From an uncultured Actinomycetota bacterium (GTDB lineage Bacteria > Actinomycetota > Thermoleophilia > RBG-16-64-13): 64,000 nt of DNA. The notes beneath the pieces are model-generated. The model saw only the letters and a program-made list of their open reading frames with translations, had not been told where the DNA came from and did no database searches. Of this stretch, positions 21,901 to 31,875 are shown piece after piece. Within the stretch, counting starts at the first letter, position 1; each line of letters starts with the position of its first letter. The stretch covers positions 5,088-69,087 of the forward strand of contig CAWDOM010000005.1 of NCBI GenBank assembly GCA_963803925.1, in the 5' to 3' direction. The position numbers and the translations under genes are program-made.

Positions 21901-22506
21901 CTAGAGGTGCGCGATAACGTCGTCCGCTGTGGTGACCAGCCCGATTGCCGGGATCATCGCGTTGATGATCGCGTTGTGCAGCTCTTTGTTGCCGTCGGTG
22001 GTGGTGTCCGAGGGCACGATCAGGTTGTAGAAGCGATCGGCCAACGCGAAGGCGGCGGTGCCGACCGACATGCCTGTGGCCACGCCCGCGAGGACGACGG
22101 TCTCGATGCCCTGCTCCACCAGATACTGCTCAACCTGGCTGCCGCCCATGAAGATGTTGAACGGCCAGTTGTAGAAGACCGGTTCGCCGGGAGCGGGAGT
22201 GAGCTCCTCGATCACCTGGGTGTCCCACGTGTCCTTGTAGTTGGCGTTCGACCCCTTCACGCCCATCCAGAACATGCCGTAGGCGGGGAACTTCGTGTCG
22301 GGAGGCGTGTACGCGACCATGAAGATGACCGGCAGGGCCTTCTCGCGGAACGCTTTGACCAGATCCTGAATCTTGTCGACGACGCCATCTTCGTAGGCGG
22401 CCTTGCCGTGACCCAGGATCTCGAAGGGACTCGGAGTCTTGATCACGGCGTTCTGCATGTGAATGACCAACAGGGCCGGTCTGCCTACCAACTGCCACTC
22501 AGCCAT
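21901..22506 (-). CDS. isochorismatase-fold (cysteine-hydrolase family) protein with substituted catalytic residues
   Basis: AAGGAGGG lies 6 nt upstream of the ATG at 22506. The sequence reads ALLVIHMQN where the family has ...DMQN, and GVATGMSVGTAAF where it has ...atd.CV. Confidence 0.75.
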   Translation of the reverse strand: MAEWQLVGRPALLVIHMQNAVIKTPSPFEILGHGKAAYEDGVVDKIQDLVKAFREKALPVIFMVAYTPPDTKFPAYGMFWMGVKGSNANYKDTWDTQVIEELTPAPGEPVFYNWPFNIFMGGSQVEQYLVEQGIETVVLAGVATGMSVGTAAFALADRFYNLIVPSDTTTDGNKELHNAIINAMIPAIGLVTTADDVIAHL

Positions 22507-22574
22507 CAATCGCCCTCCTTGCTCCCTGATCTGTCGCTATTGCCAATCAACGAACAGTGGTCTATTCTGATGAT

Positions 22575-22614
22575 ATGGTCCATTTATCGGACCTAGTGGT
22601 TTGTTTAATGGACC
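22575..22614. promoter_or_regulatory. candidate IclR operator in an AT-rich divergent promoter
   Basis: ATGGTCCATTTA at 22575-22586 and TTAATGGACC at 22605-22614 form a 9/10 inverted repeat. An extra GGACC half-site lies between them. Confidence 0.35.
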
Positions 22615-22715
22615 CCACAACTCTACGTCCGTTCCGGTCGCCTGTCAACACCCCACGGCGGGCGGCGTGAGAACATGAATGCCGCAGTAGTGGTGAGAAA
22701 CAAGGAGGGACTTCG

Positions 22716-23540
22716 ATAGGCGCGACCGGCAAAGAGGCACCGCGGCCGACAAGCACGAGCGACGCCCGTTCTCCGAGCCAAACACTGGAGAAGGGACTGC
22801 AACTGCTCGACCTCTACGACGTCGACCACACTGACTGGAATCTGAGGGAGCTGCGCGAACGATCGGGCTTCTCCAAGACCACGACACTTCGCTTGGTGAA
22901 GACGCTCGAGTCGCTTGACTACCTTGCTTGCGATCCGGATACGGGCAGATACCATCTCGGATACGGCATCCTCAGGCACGTGTATGTCGGCTTGTCCCAC
23001 TCCGACCTGGTTCGGACTGCCCACCCCTTCATGGTTCGACTGGCCGAGGAGACCACCGAGACCACCGGGCTGACGGTCTGGACCAGTCGCGGACCGCTAC
23101 TCGTCGATCTGGTGCTCACCTCGCGCATGTTCAAGCCGCAGCTCTGGACCGGAATGCTGCTGCCGGGGCCGGGAAGCGCGGCCGAACGACTGCTCCTCGC
23201 GTTTGGCCCGGAGAGTATTCGGGAGGCTGTGCTCGCGACGCCGCAGAAGGCCACTACGCCCTTTACCCTTGTCGACGCCCAGCTGCTCAGGGAGGAATTG
23301 GACCGGGTGAGGCGCGAGGGGATCTCCTTCGAGCTGAAGGAATGGGATGAATCGATGGGAGCTGTCGGCGCACCGGTGCTGGGTCCGGACGGTCTCGTGC
23401 GGGCCGGGCTGTGCGTGGTTGTGCCCATCGAAAGGTGTGGGGAACCCGAAATGGAGACCTACAAAGAGGCCGTCAAGAGAACCGCTCTCGCTCTATCTCG
23501 CGCACTCGGGTACGAAGGCGACAGCCCGGCGTCGGGCTGA
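22716..23540 (+). CDS. IclR-family transcriptional regulator (start codon unresolved)
   Basis: The HTH (TLEKGLQLLDLYDVDHTDWNLRELRERSGFSKTTTLRLVKTLESLDYL) lies upstream of the TTG used by the ORF track (22893). The frame is open from 22671 but contains no ATG/GTG/TTG. An in-frame ATA at 22716 sits 7-8 nt after AAGGAGGG. Confidence 0.75.
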   Translation: MGATGKEAPRPTSTSDARSPSQTLEKGLQLLDLYDVDHTDWNLRELRERSGFSKTTTLRLVKTLESLDYLACDPDTGRYHLGYGILRHVYVGLSHSDLVRTAHPFMVRLAEETTETTGLTVWTSRGPLLVDLVLTSRMFKPQLWTGMLLPGPGSAAERLLLAFGPESIREAVLATPQKATTPFTLVDAQLLREELDRVRREGISFELKEWDESMGAVGAPVLGPDGLVRAGLCVVVPIERCGEPEMETYKEAVKRTALALSRALGYEGDSPASG

Positions 23541-23647
23541 GAGAGCGCCGAAGTCCTGGGCTGGGCAGAGGCTTGACGAGGCCCTCGAAGCCGACCCCGA
23601 CCGTTAGCAGGCTGCCGATTTGACCGGGGGACGTCGCGGGGAAGACA

Positions 23648-25882
23648 TCAGCCGGGGCCCTCGGCTCCGTCCAACACCTGCCTCACCGCCCTTGCGAGCG
23701 CTTCCGGGGTAAACGGCTTCTCCAGGAAGTTCACTCCCTCATCCAGCCGCCCAGCGTGGACAATGGCGTTGCGGGTGTAACCCGATATATACAGGACCCG
23801 GAGCTCAGGCATCTGCGCAAGCGCCCTATCGGCGAGATCCTTGCCCTGCAGCGACCCAGGGAGAACGATGTCCGTGAGAAGGAGATCGGGGATGACCCGC
23901 GCCGAGTCCAAGGCGTCGGCGGCAGCGTCGGCCGAACCGAAGGTCACCACCTGGTAGCCGGCGCCCTCCAGTACGCGCTCGATCAAGATGCGCAGCGACG
24001 ACTCGTCCTCCACAACAAGCACCGTCTCACGCCCGCCTCGGGCAGGCACATGAGGAAGCGCGGTCCTTTCCGGCGCGCAGCGTTCTGCGACCCGGGGAAG
24101 GTAGATCTTGAAGGTTGTGCCATGTCCCAGCTCGCTGTAGACAAAGACGTTACCCCGGCTCTGCTTGACCATGCCGTAGACCATGGCCAGTCCAAGACCG
24201 GTTCCCTGTCCCGGAGGCTTGGTGGTGAAGAACGGTTCGAAGACGCGCGTGCGGGTGGCCTCGTCCATTCCCGTTCCAGTATCCGAAACCGCCAGCATGA
24301 CGTAACTTCCGGGGGTCGCCTCTGGGTGTGAGCTGCAGTACTTCTCGCCCAGTTCGACGTTGGCCACTTCCAGGGTAAGCTTCCCGCCGTTTGGCATGGC
24401 ATCGCGTGCATTGAGAGCCAGATTCAGAAGCACCTGCTCAAACTGGTGCAAATCGATCTCGACATGTCCGACATCGGCCTGAGTCAGACTCACAAGGTCG
24501 ATATCCTCCCCAAGAGTGCGCCTCAACAGCGGCTCCATTCCCGTCAGAATGCTGTTCGGAGAGATCACCTCGGGCCTGAGTGCTTGGCGACGAGAGAACG
24601 CGAGCAACTGTCGAGTCAGCGAGCCCGCGCGCTCGGCCGCCTTGTGGATCTCTTCGACATCGGCTTTTTGCGGCAGAGCCGCGACCTGTTCATCGGCTAG
24701 CAGAAGATCGCTGTATCCCAATATGGCTGTCAGGAGGTTGTTGAAGTCATGTGCTATGCCACCGGCAAGCTGCCCAACCGCCTCCATCTTCTGAGCTTGG
24801 CGAAGCTGCTCCTCGCTTGCTCTGAGCGCCGCCTCCGCTGCATAGGCCTCCCGGTAGCGGCGCTTGAGACCCCATTGCCATGTCAGCAGGCTCCCTCCGG
24901 TAATCGCCGCGACGGCCACAAACACCAGACCGAAGATGAGACCCGATTTCAGCCCCACTCCGGCCAGAGCTTCCGACTTGTCCACTTTGGCCACCATGAA
25001 CCAGGATGAGCCAGGGACAGGTCGCAAATCGGCGAGTACCTCCACACCACGGTAGTCAGGCCCTTCGACCAGACCCGTGACGCCTTGTACTGCCATGGCT
25101 GCCGGAAGTCCTGTTTCGCTCAGCGGGAAAGTCAGCCGGAGAGCGGCCTCACTCCGGAAGCGGAGTTCGTTCAGGAAGAGAACCTGATCCCCGGCGCGTC
25201 GCACAAGGAGAGTCTCCGCCGTGTCGCTGGGAGTGGGCCAGGATTGAATGAGCGGAAAGAGGAACTCACTTGCGTCAGTGTGGAGGACAACCGCTCCAAG
25301 GGGTTCCGACGATGTGTCGGCTTCAAGGTAGAGGGGGGCGACGGCGTCAATGTGAACGGTTCCATCACTGTTCTCGTGTGGGTCCGTGAGTAGAGGCACC
25401 CGTTTGGCGATCGCCTCCTTCACCGCGGCAACGCCTTCGGGGGCCAACTGGCCATCGCTCCCCACAGCGAGCAGCACCTCGCCGAAAGAGTCGGCCAGCA
25501 CAGCTCCCGAATAGGCATATCGCTCCATGACGCTGTTGAGCCAGGCACGCAGGTCCGCTTCGTCTGCCGGATGGCCGCTGTCCAACCACCGCTGGACCCC
25601 ACCTGCACTGAGTGGGGAATCCGAGATTACTCCCGCATTACCCAGTCGTTCCGCTCTCCAGCGAACAATCTGGCCCACCTTGAGTTGGGCGATGGAATGG
25701 AGCTCATCTCGAGCGGCGCCGCGCGCCGAGCTATCCTGGTCTCGATAGAACCAGTAGCCCCCAGCGATGATGCAAACGCAGAGCGCCACAAGGACCGCGG
25801 TCAGCCACAATGGAAACCTGGAGCGCTCCTTTGCCGAGTCCATTACCCGCCGCCTCCAATAGGCCGTCTTGTGCCGTGGCAT
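23648..25882 (-). CDS. hybrid sensor histidine kinase (2 TM + extracytoplasmic sensor, HisKA, HATPase, C-terminal receiver)
   Basis: H-box [21 protein letters not shown]; receiver [18 protein letters not shown]...[10 protein letters not shown]. An alternative start at 25843 (MDSAKERS) has a better GGAGG spacing. Confidence 0.85.
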   Translation of the reverse strand: MPRHKTAYWRRRVMDSAKERSRFPLWLTAVLVALCVCIIAGGYWFYRDQDSSARGAARDELHSIAQLKVGQIVRWRAERLGNAGVISDSPLSAGGVQRWLDSGHPADEADLRAWLNSVMERYAYSGAVLADSFGEVLLAVGSDGQLAPEGVAAVKEAIAKRVPLLTDPHENSDGTVHIDAVAPLYLEADTSSEPLGAVVLHTDASEFLFPLIQSWPTPSDTAETLLVRRAGDQVLFLNELRFRSEAALRLTFPLSETGLPAAMAVQGVTGLVEGPDYRGVEVLADLRPVPGSSWFMVAKVDKSEALAGVGLKSGLIFGLVFVAVAAITGGSLLTWQWGLKRRYREAYAAEAALRASEEQLRQAQKMEAVGQLAGGIAHDFNNLLTAILGYSDLLLADEQVAALPQKADVEEIHKAAERAGSLTRQLLAFSRRQALRPEVISPNSILTGMEPLLRRTLGEDIDLVSLTQADVGHVEIDLHQFEQVLLNLALNARDAMPNGGKLTLEVANVELGEKYCSSHPEATPGSYVMLAVSDTGTGMDEATRTRVFEPFFTTKPPGQGTGLGLAMVYGMVKQSRGNVFVYSELGHGTTFKIYLPRVAERCAPERTALPHVPARGGRETVLVVEDESSLRILIERVLEGAGYQVVTFGSADAAADALDSARVIPDLLLTDIVLPGSLQGKDLADRALAQMPELRVLYISGYTRNAIVHAGRLDEGVNFLEKPFTPEALARAVRQVLDGAEGPG

Positions 25883-26122
25883 TCAGCCACGCGACTACCA
25901 AGAGAAGGTCCTGCCTGTGTCTTCTCTCTCAGGATACCAGCCTTCATGACCCCCTGACGGCCTGCCGACCAGGGTATCGGCTCTGCTTCTTATCTACGCA
26001 TCTGTGGTACGTATTCAGTTCGCCACCTGGTACCGTAGCGCTCCCGGGTGGCAGCGCCTGCTTGCCTACCAGCGGATCATGGCGCATGGTGGCTACCTCG
26101 ATTTGCGGCCGGAGGTGATTTC

Positions 26123-27499
26123 ATGAGTGAAGTCTCTGGGATCAGCACTGAGCGGATGCAACACCTTCTCGACTGCGAGCAAGTCCGCTTCGAAAGCGCG
26201 CACCCCGGTTCGGCGGTCATGTATCAGCGCGCCCTTCGCTCGTTCCTCTACGGCGCCCCGATGCACTGGATGCAGCAATGGCCCGGCAGCTACCCGCTCT
26301 ACGTGACGGAGGCGAAGGGAGCACACCTGACCGACGTCGACGGCCACACGTACGTCGATTTCGCTTTGGGAGACACGGCGGCCATGTTCGGCCACGCGAA
26401 TCCCGCTGTAGTCCAGGCGATCACCAACCAGGTCACGAAGGGTTCGACGTTCATGCTGCCGACCGAGGACAGTATCTGGGTTGGCGAGGCACTTGGCGAT
26501 CGGTTCGGTCTGCCTTACTGGCAGGTCGCCACCTCCGCCACCGACGCCAACCGTTTCATCTTGCGGCTCTGCCGCATGGTGACCGGCCGAGACAAGATCA
26601 TCACGTTCAACTGGAACTACCATGGCAGCGTCGACGAGACCCAGGTGGAGCTTGATGCCACCAAGCAGATGGTGCCGAGGACCGGGGTACATCCGAACGC
26701 TATCCGCCACGAACAGACCACCCGCCTGGTCGAATTCAACAACATCGCCTCACTCGAGGAAGCGCTGGCTCAGGGAGATGTGGCGTGCGTTCTGACCGAA
26801 CCGATGCTCACCAATATCGGTATGGTTCCGGCAGAGGAGGGGTTCCACGACGCGCTTCGCCGGCTGACCCGCGCCCATGACGTGGCGCTCATCATCGACG
26901 AGACCCACACCATCTCCACCGGTCCGGGCGGCTATACGCGCTCGCACGGCCTGGACCCGGACTTCTTCGTCTTGGGCAAGAGCATCGCCGGCGGCATTCC
27001 GGTGGCCGTCTGGGGAACGTCGGACGAGTGGGCCCGGCGAATCTGGGCGGTGCTCCCGCACTTCAAGACGGGCCAGGAGATCAACCATTTCGGTTTCGGC
27101 GGCACACTCGCAGGCAGCGCCCTCCAACTACGCGCGATCCGAGCGACTCTCGAAGAGGTGATGACGCCGGAGAACTACGGGCACATGATCTCGCTGGCAG
27201 AACGGTTCGAGCATGGGGTGGTCCAAGTGCTGGCCAAGTACGCTCTCCCCTGGCACGTCACCCGGATCGGCGCTCGAGTCGAATACCTCTTCATGGCGCA
27301 GCCGCCACGGAACGGGGGCGAAGCACACCACGGTCGCAACGCTCTGCTCGAGACGTGCATACATCTCTTCCTGCTGAACCGTGGAGTGCTGCTCACTCCC
27401 TTTCACAACATGGCGCTCATGTGTCCGTTCACTGCGAGCGACGACGTTGACCTGCACACAAGGGTGCTGGACGAGTGCCTGCGGGAACTGACAGCCTAG
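26123..27499 (+). CDS. class-III (GSA-aminomutase-like) PLP aminotransferase
   Basis: GGAGGTGA upstream of the ATG at 26123; ...IIDETHT...FVLGKSIAGGIP (PLP lysine). Confidence 0.8.
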   Translation: MSEVSGISTERMQHLLDCEQVRFESAHPGSAVMYQRALRSFLYGAPMHWMQQWPGSYPLYVTEAKGAHLTDVDGHTYVDFALGDTAAMFGHANPAVVQAITNQVTKGSTFMLPTEDSIWVGEALGDRFGLPYWQVATSATDANRFILRLCRMVTGRDKIITFNWNYHGSVDETQVELDATKQMVPRTGVHPNAIRHEQTTRLVEFNNIASLEEALAQGDVACVLTEPMLTNIGMVPAEEGFHDALRRLTRAHDVALIIDETHTISTGPGGYTRSHGLDPDFFVLGKSIAGGIPVAVWGTSDEWARRIWAVLPHFKTGQEINHFGFGGTLAGSALQLRAIRATLEEVMTPENYGHMISLAERFEHGVVQVLAKYALPWHVTRIGARVEYLFMAQPPRNGGEAHHGRNALLETCIHLFLLNRGVLLTPFHNMALMCPFTASDDVDLHTRVLDECLRELTA

Positions 27500-27711
27500 G
27501 AGGGTCGCGGTCACGGATCAGAAACCCGGTCTGAACCGCCCCGGGACGTTCAGTGGAGACTCAGTTGCTTGACCGTCACACTCGACGGCAAGAACCATTC
27601 AGCCCGGCCGCGTTCGGTGCTTGGCTACAAAGTCGATGTAGTAGCCGGATACCCCTTACTGCGAAACCAACCGGTCTACGCCGAGCCGGGGTCACCAGCT
27701 AGACTGGTGGT

Positions 27712-29262
27712 GTGAGTTTCCTCGACCCTCGATCAGCGGAATCCGTCAAGCCAGGGCACGTGCTGCTGGTCAACTCTCTGTCGGCTTGGACGACGGCCTT
27801 CATGACGACCGGCATCAACATAGCGCTGCCGTCGATCCAGACCGAGTTCCGTCTGAGCGCGGTCGCGCTCGGCTGGCTGCCACTCGGCTACGTCCTCGCC
27901 TCGGCGATATTCCTGTTGCCCTTCGGCAGAGTCGGCGACCGCATCGGCCGGCGGCTCATCTTCCTCCTCGGGATGGTCTTGTTCGCGCTCAGCTCCGTCG
28001 GTCTCGTGCTCGCGGGGTCGTACGTGTTGCTCGTGGTGTTCAGGGTCACTCAGGGCCTGGGGAGCGCGATGATTTTTTCCACGTCCATGGCGATGGTCAC
28101 CTTGGTGTATCCGGACAAGGGACGGGGGCGTGCTATGGGGATCGCCGTGGCGGCCGCGTACGTGGGCATGACTACCGGCCCGATCGTCGGCGGCGTGATA
28201 GTGCACAACACAGGCTGGCGGAACCTCTTCCTGGTCATCGGTTGCATCGCCTCCTTCAACGTCGCACTCGACCTGTGGCTGCTGCGCCGCGCAGAATGGA
28301 AGGCCCGCGGGCTACTGGACAATGATGCTGCGCCCTCAGCGCACGATCGCCGCGCTATTCGCGCGACTGAGGACGCCCCAGCGTGCCGTCCGGCGTGTGC
28401 TGAGGGCCGTGGCTTCGTTGTTCAACAGCCTCCCGAGCAACCCGAGGGATTCGACTGGAGCGGGTCGGCCATCTGGGCCGTCGCCCTTTCACTGCTGCTC
28501 ATCGGACTGTCGTGGCTCCCGCTCCTCAGAGGGCTCTGGCTCGCCGTCGCCGGAGTCGCCGGACTGGCGCTCTTTGGATGGTGGGAGTGGAGGGCCCGCG
28601 AACCGATCATGGTGCTCCGCCTGTTCAGGCACAACCGGTTGTTCCTGTTCTCGAACCTGACGGCCCTCATCAGCTACGCGTCGATATGGGGCTACACCTA
28701 CCTGATGAGTCTGTATCTACAGTTCGTCAAAGGCCTCGACGCCCAGACCGCGGGCTTGGTGCTGATCGTCGGAGTCGCCCTCCAGTGTCTGGTGGCCCCG
28801 GCGGCGGGCCGGCTGTCGGACCGCATCGACCCCCGCTGGGTCGCTTCGTTCGGCATGGCGCTCTGCACGCTCGCCTTGCTGCTTCTCAGCTTCTTGGGCG
28901 CCGGCACGTCCTACTGGTACGTGGTGCTGGCCCTCTGTCTGCTCGGCGCGGGATATGGATTCTTCTCCCCTCCCAACCAGATCGCGATCATGGGCAGCGT
29001 CGACCGGCGCTACGTGGGCTTCGCTTCGGCCAACATGAGCACCATGCGCATGATCGGCATGGCGCTGAGCATCGCCGCCGCGACCCTGGTGATATCGACC
29101 ATCGTGGGGCGGCACGACATCGAGCCGGCCGACTATCCCCGGCTGCTGACCGCCATTCGGGTCACTTTCGGGCTGCTCACCGGATTGTCGGTGCTGTCGG
29201 TGGTGGCTTCGCTGGCGAGGGGCACGGCACGGCCGGCGATGTACGAGAGCCAGAGCCTGTAG
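27712..29262 (+). CDS. MFS transporter, 14-TMS DHA2-like, with a long central loop
   Basis: 516-aa hydrophobic ORF with a GRVGDRIGRR MFS motif. Confidence 0.8.
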   Translation: MSFLDPRSAESVKPGHVLLVNSLSAWTTAFMTTGINIALPSIQTEFRLSAVALGWLPLGYVLASAIFLLPFGRVGDRIGRRLIFLLGMVLFALSSVGLVLAGSYVLLVVFRVTQGLGSAMIFSTSMAMVTLVYPDKGRGRAMGIAVAAAYVGMTTGPIVGGVIVHNTGWRNLFLVIGCIASFNVALDLWLLRRAEWKARGLLDNDAAPSAHDRRAIRATEDAPACRPACAEGRGFVVQQPPEQPEGFDWSGSAIWAVALSLLLIGLSWLPLLRGLWLAVAGVAGLALFGWWEWRAREPIMVLRLFRHNRLFLFSNLTALISYASIWGYTYLMSLYLQFVKGLDAQTAGLVLIVGVALQCLVAPAAGRLSDRIDPRWVASFGMALCTLALLLLSFLGAGTSYWYVVLALCLLGAGYGFFSPPNQIAIMGSVDRRYVGFASANMSTMRMIGMALSIAAATLVISTIVGRHDIEPADYPRLLTAIRVTFGLLTGLSVLSVVASLARGTARPAMYESQSL

Positions 29263-29392
29263 GAAAAACTGGCAAGCTCGGCCCGCTGTGCTGCCGCCTT
29301 CCGGCCGGCAAGTCTATTGCGGTTTGCGGTTGAGATTGTGCTCCGGTACTGTGGACCTGTCTACCGCCTCCCCCGGGGAAGGAGCCTCTGCA

Positions 29393-29818
29393 ATGACCGA
29401 CGGCAACGCGTTCAAGCCCACGATTGTCACCAGCTACCTGGCCGATACCAGCCCATTCGGCGATGGCAGGGTCGTCAACCCAGTCATCTTCATGGACTCG
29501 AACTCAGTCCCCGGCTCGTTCTACGCCGAGTACATCGTCATCAACGAAGCCTCCGAAGGGACTCCACCGGAGCACAGCCACGACGACGCCGACGAGATCC
29601 TCATGTTCTTCGGCTCGGACATGGAACGCCCACACGACCTCTGCGGGGAGGTCGAGTTGTGGATAGACGGAGAGAAGTACATGCTGACCGAGAGCGCCAT
29701 GATCTTCGTCCCCAGGGGGGTGAAGCATTGCCCGCTCTACTGCCGCCGAGTCGAGAAGCCCATCATCATGGTGTCGACGGCTCCCGCGCAGTACTACCGG
29801 CGGGACGGCGTCGAGTAG
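29393..29818 (+). CDS. cupin-domain protein
   Basis: GGAAGGAG upstream of the ATG at 29393; PEHSHDDADEILMFFG ... FVPRGVKHCP. Confidence 0.7.
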   Translation: MTDGNAFKPTIVTSYLADTSPFGDGRVVNPVIFMDSNSVPGSFYAEYIVINEASEGTPPEHSHDDADEILMFFGSDMERPHDLCGEVELWIDGEKYMLTESAMIFVPRGVKHCPLYCRRVEKPIIMVSTAPAQYYRRDGVE

Positions 29819-29879
29819 GCCATGTCGCCTTTGGGCCGGTGCGGGTCGGGCCCTTGGAGCCTTGCAGCAGTCGCGAAGC

Positions 29880-30266
29880 ACCTGTCGCATCGCTACGCGC
29901 GGAAGCGGCTGCGCCCAACTCGCGGTGGCTCAGTTCGGGAGCCTCCACCGTCTCCCCACCCAGGAAGCGGCACACGGTGTAGTCGGCTCCGGCAAGGCGC
30001 AGTCGCCCATTGGCGCTCACCCTGCGTCTGACCCGGCGGGCGTGGGACCCAGACTGGATGCGAGGCTCCTCGACTTCTTGGGGATGAAGGGACTCGAACC
30101 CCTCCAGGTTCTCACCCGTGAACCGGTCGGCTGGCGGGACCATCCCGATGCCCTGGTGGGGTCTCTCAGTGTTGTACAAGGCCACCCAGGCGTCGAGTTC
30201 CGCCTGGGCCTCCTCGAGAGAACACCTTGCCGTTGTCGGTGACGGCTCGCTCGCGCGTGGAGGCAA
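29880..30266 (-). mobile_element. IS481/IS3-type transposase relic (C-terminal rve fragment with internal deletion)
   Basis: VTDNGKVFS is joined directly to LEEAQAELDAWVALYNTERPHQGIGMVPPADRF, then RRVSANGRLRLAGADYTV. There is no N-terminal HTH, no complete DDE region and no terminal repeats. Confidence 0.6.
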
Positions 30267-30351
30267 AGGGACTGCGGCCCACCGAGATCCGAGACCACCC
30301 CTGGGGCGTGTGAGGGCTGTACCTGAAAAGAGCAGGCCTGAGCGCTATCGC

Positions 30352-31872
30352 TTACACCGACGGGTTCGCCACCGAGTTGGGGTCGAACGCGTCCTCTATA
30401 GCGATCGCCCAGCGGTCAAAGCCGCTGTAGAGTGGTCCGTCCATTCTCATGCCTTCCCGGTCTCGGCGCGGCATCGCGGCGTGGCGACCGGCCTGGATGT
30501 CGTCGGCTGCCGACTTGGCCATCAAATCGCGAGGAATGCTCGGCCAACCGGGGGAGGCAAAGTCCCAGACGAACAACAGCTCGATATGGGCCATGTGGCC
30601 GTATTCAATCGTGTTGATCTGGAAGTTTTGTGGCGCGTCGAGGATCCGCCCGCTCTCGATGAACTGTTCCAACATCGGCGGTATGGCCTTGGCAACCTCG
30701 AACATGTGGCTCACCGAATCGGCGCTGAGTTTGTTCGGCGCCCAGCCGCCCCCGAGCCGAAGAGTGCGCTGAAGGAAACTGACGATGATGAAGAAGTCCA
30801 TGTTGTCTTCGTACATCTGCCGGATGGCCTCGTCCACCGGCTCGCCGCCCATCTCCGAGACGATCTCCTTGAGTACGCGTTCCTCGTACTCCATCTCCTC
30901 CTCGGACCAGGTGGCAAGATAGACGTAGAGGGGGTAGCTCAGCTCCCGCTGGAACCACCCGCTGTTCCATAGCTCCCAAAACTCGTTCGCCGACTTCGAG
31001 TGAAGCAGAGCGGCAGTGGCGTTGAAGAACTTGAGCACCGCGTACCCGATCTCTGCCCGGCCGATCTCGAGCATGGCGTCGCGCACCTTGTCCAGGTCGG
31101 GGAACTTGAACACGAACACCCGGTGACGATCCTTGGGCAGACGGATCTTGAAGCTCGGCGTGTGTCCCTCGGCCGGCATCACCTCGGGCTGCTTGGTAGC
31201 GTCGAGCCCGATGGCGATCCTCGTGATGATCCCCATCCTGCCGAAGCTGCCGATGTAGCCTTTTGCCAAACCGCGCAGACTGGGACCCGGTCCCTCCGGA
31301 CAGAACCAGCCTGCGCCTGTCCCGAGGGAGCCTGTTTGCACCAGCTCGCCGGTAGGAGTGACCCACTCGACGCCCAGAAGGTAGCGATTGGTGCGAGAGG
31401 TGCCGTGCTGGCAGTGATGATCGCCCGAGGTGACGGTGAAGTTCGCCAGCACCGACCCGCCCGGCCCGACCGACGCCACCGGGTACTGGAGTCCCAGCTT
31501 CATGAGCTCCGGCTTCAGTTGGCAGTGCCGCACCCCCGGCTCTATCACCGCGTACCGGTCGGTCTCGTTGATCTCGACGATGCGGTTCATGCGCTTGAGG
31601 TGAAGCACGATCGTGCCGAGCGAGTGAGGATAGGCCTGTACCGAGAGACCGGACACCGTGGCGACGTACCTGATGCGGTAGAGATTGCAGAGTCTCACGA
31701 TCGCTTGGACCTCTTCAGTGCTGGCAGGTAGCAGGACCGCCTCGGGGCTGGGTGACAAGGGAGCGTGCGGACCGGAGCGCCGATAGCCGGAGAGGATGTA
31801 GGGCAACTCGCTGATGTACTCCGGGCCGACTATGCTCTCGAGCATGCTGTAGATGTGGCGGGGCAGGGTCAT
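30352..31872 (-). CDS. FAD-linked oxidase (FAD_binding_4), third gene of a GlcD/GlcF/GlcE-like trio
   Basis: Intact 506-aa ORF; PEAVLLPASTEEVQAIVRLCN.... Confidence 0.8.
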   Translation of the reverse strand: MTLPRHIYSMLESIVGPEYISELPYILSGYRRSGPHAPLSPSPEAVLLPASTEEVQAIVRLCNLYRIRYVATVSGLSVQAYPHSLGTIVLHLKRMNRIVEINETDRYAVIEPGVRHCQLKPELMKLGLQYPVASVGPGGSVLANFTVTSGDHHCQHGTSRTNRYLLGVEWVTPTGELVQTGSLGTGAGWFCPEGPGPSLRGLAKGYIGSFGRMGIITRIAIGLDATKQPEVMPAEGHTPSFKIRLPKDRHRVFVFKFPDLDKVRDAMLEIGRAEIGYAVLKFFNATAALLHSKSANEFWELWNSGWFQRELSYPLYVYLATWSEEEMEYEERVLKEIVSEMGGEPVDEAIRQMYEDNMDFFIIVSFLQRTLRLGGGWAPNKLSADSVSHMFEVAKAIPPMLEQFIESGRILDAPQNFQINTIEYGHMAHIELLFVWDFASPGWPSIPRDLMAKSAADDIQAGRHAAMPRRDREGMRMDGPLYSGFDRWAIAIEDAFDPNSVANPSV

Positions 31873-31875
31873 GTG

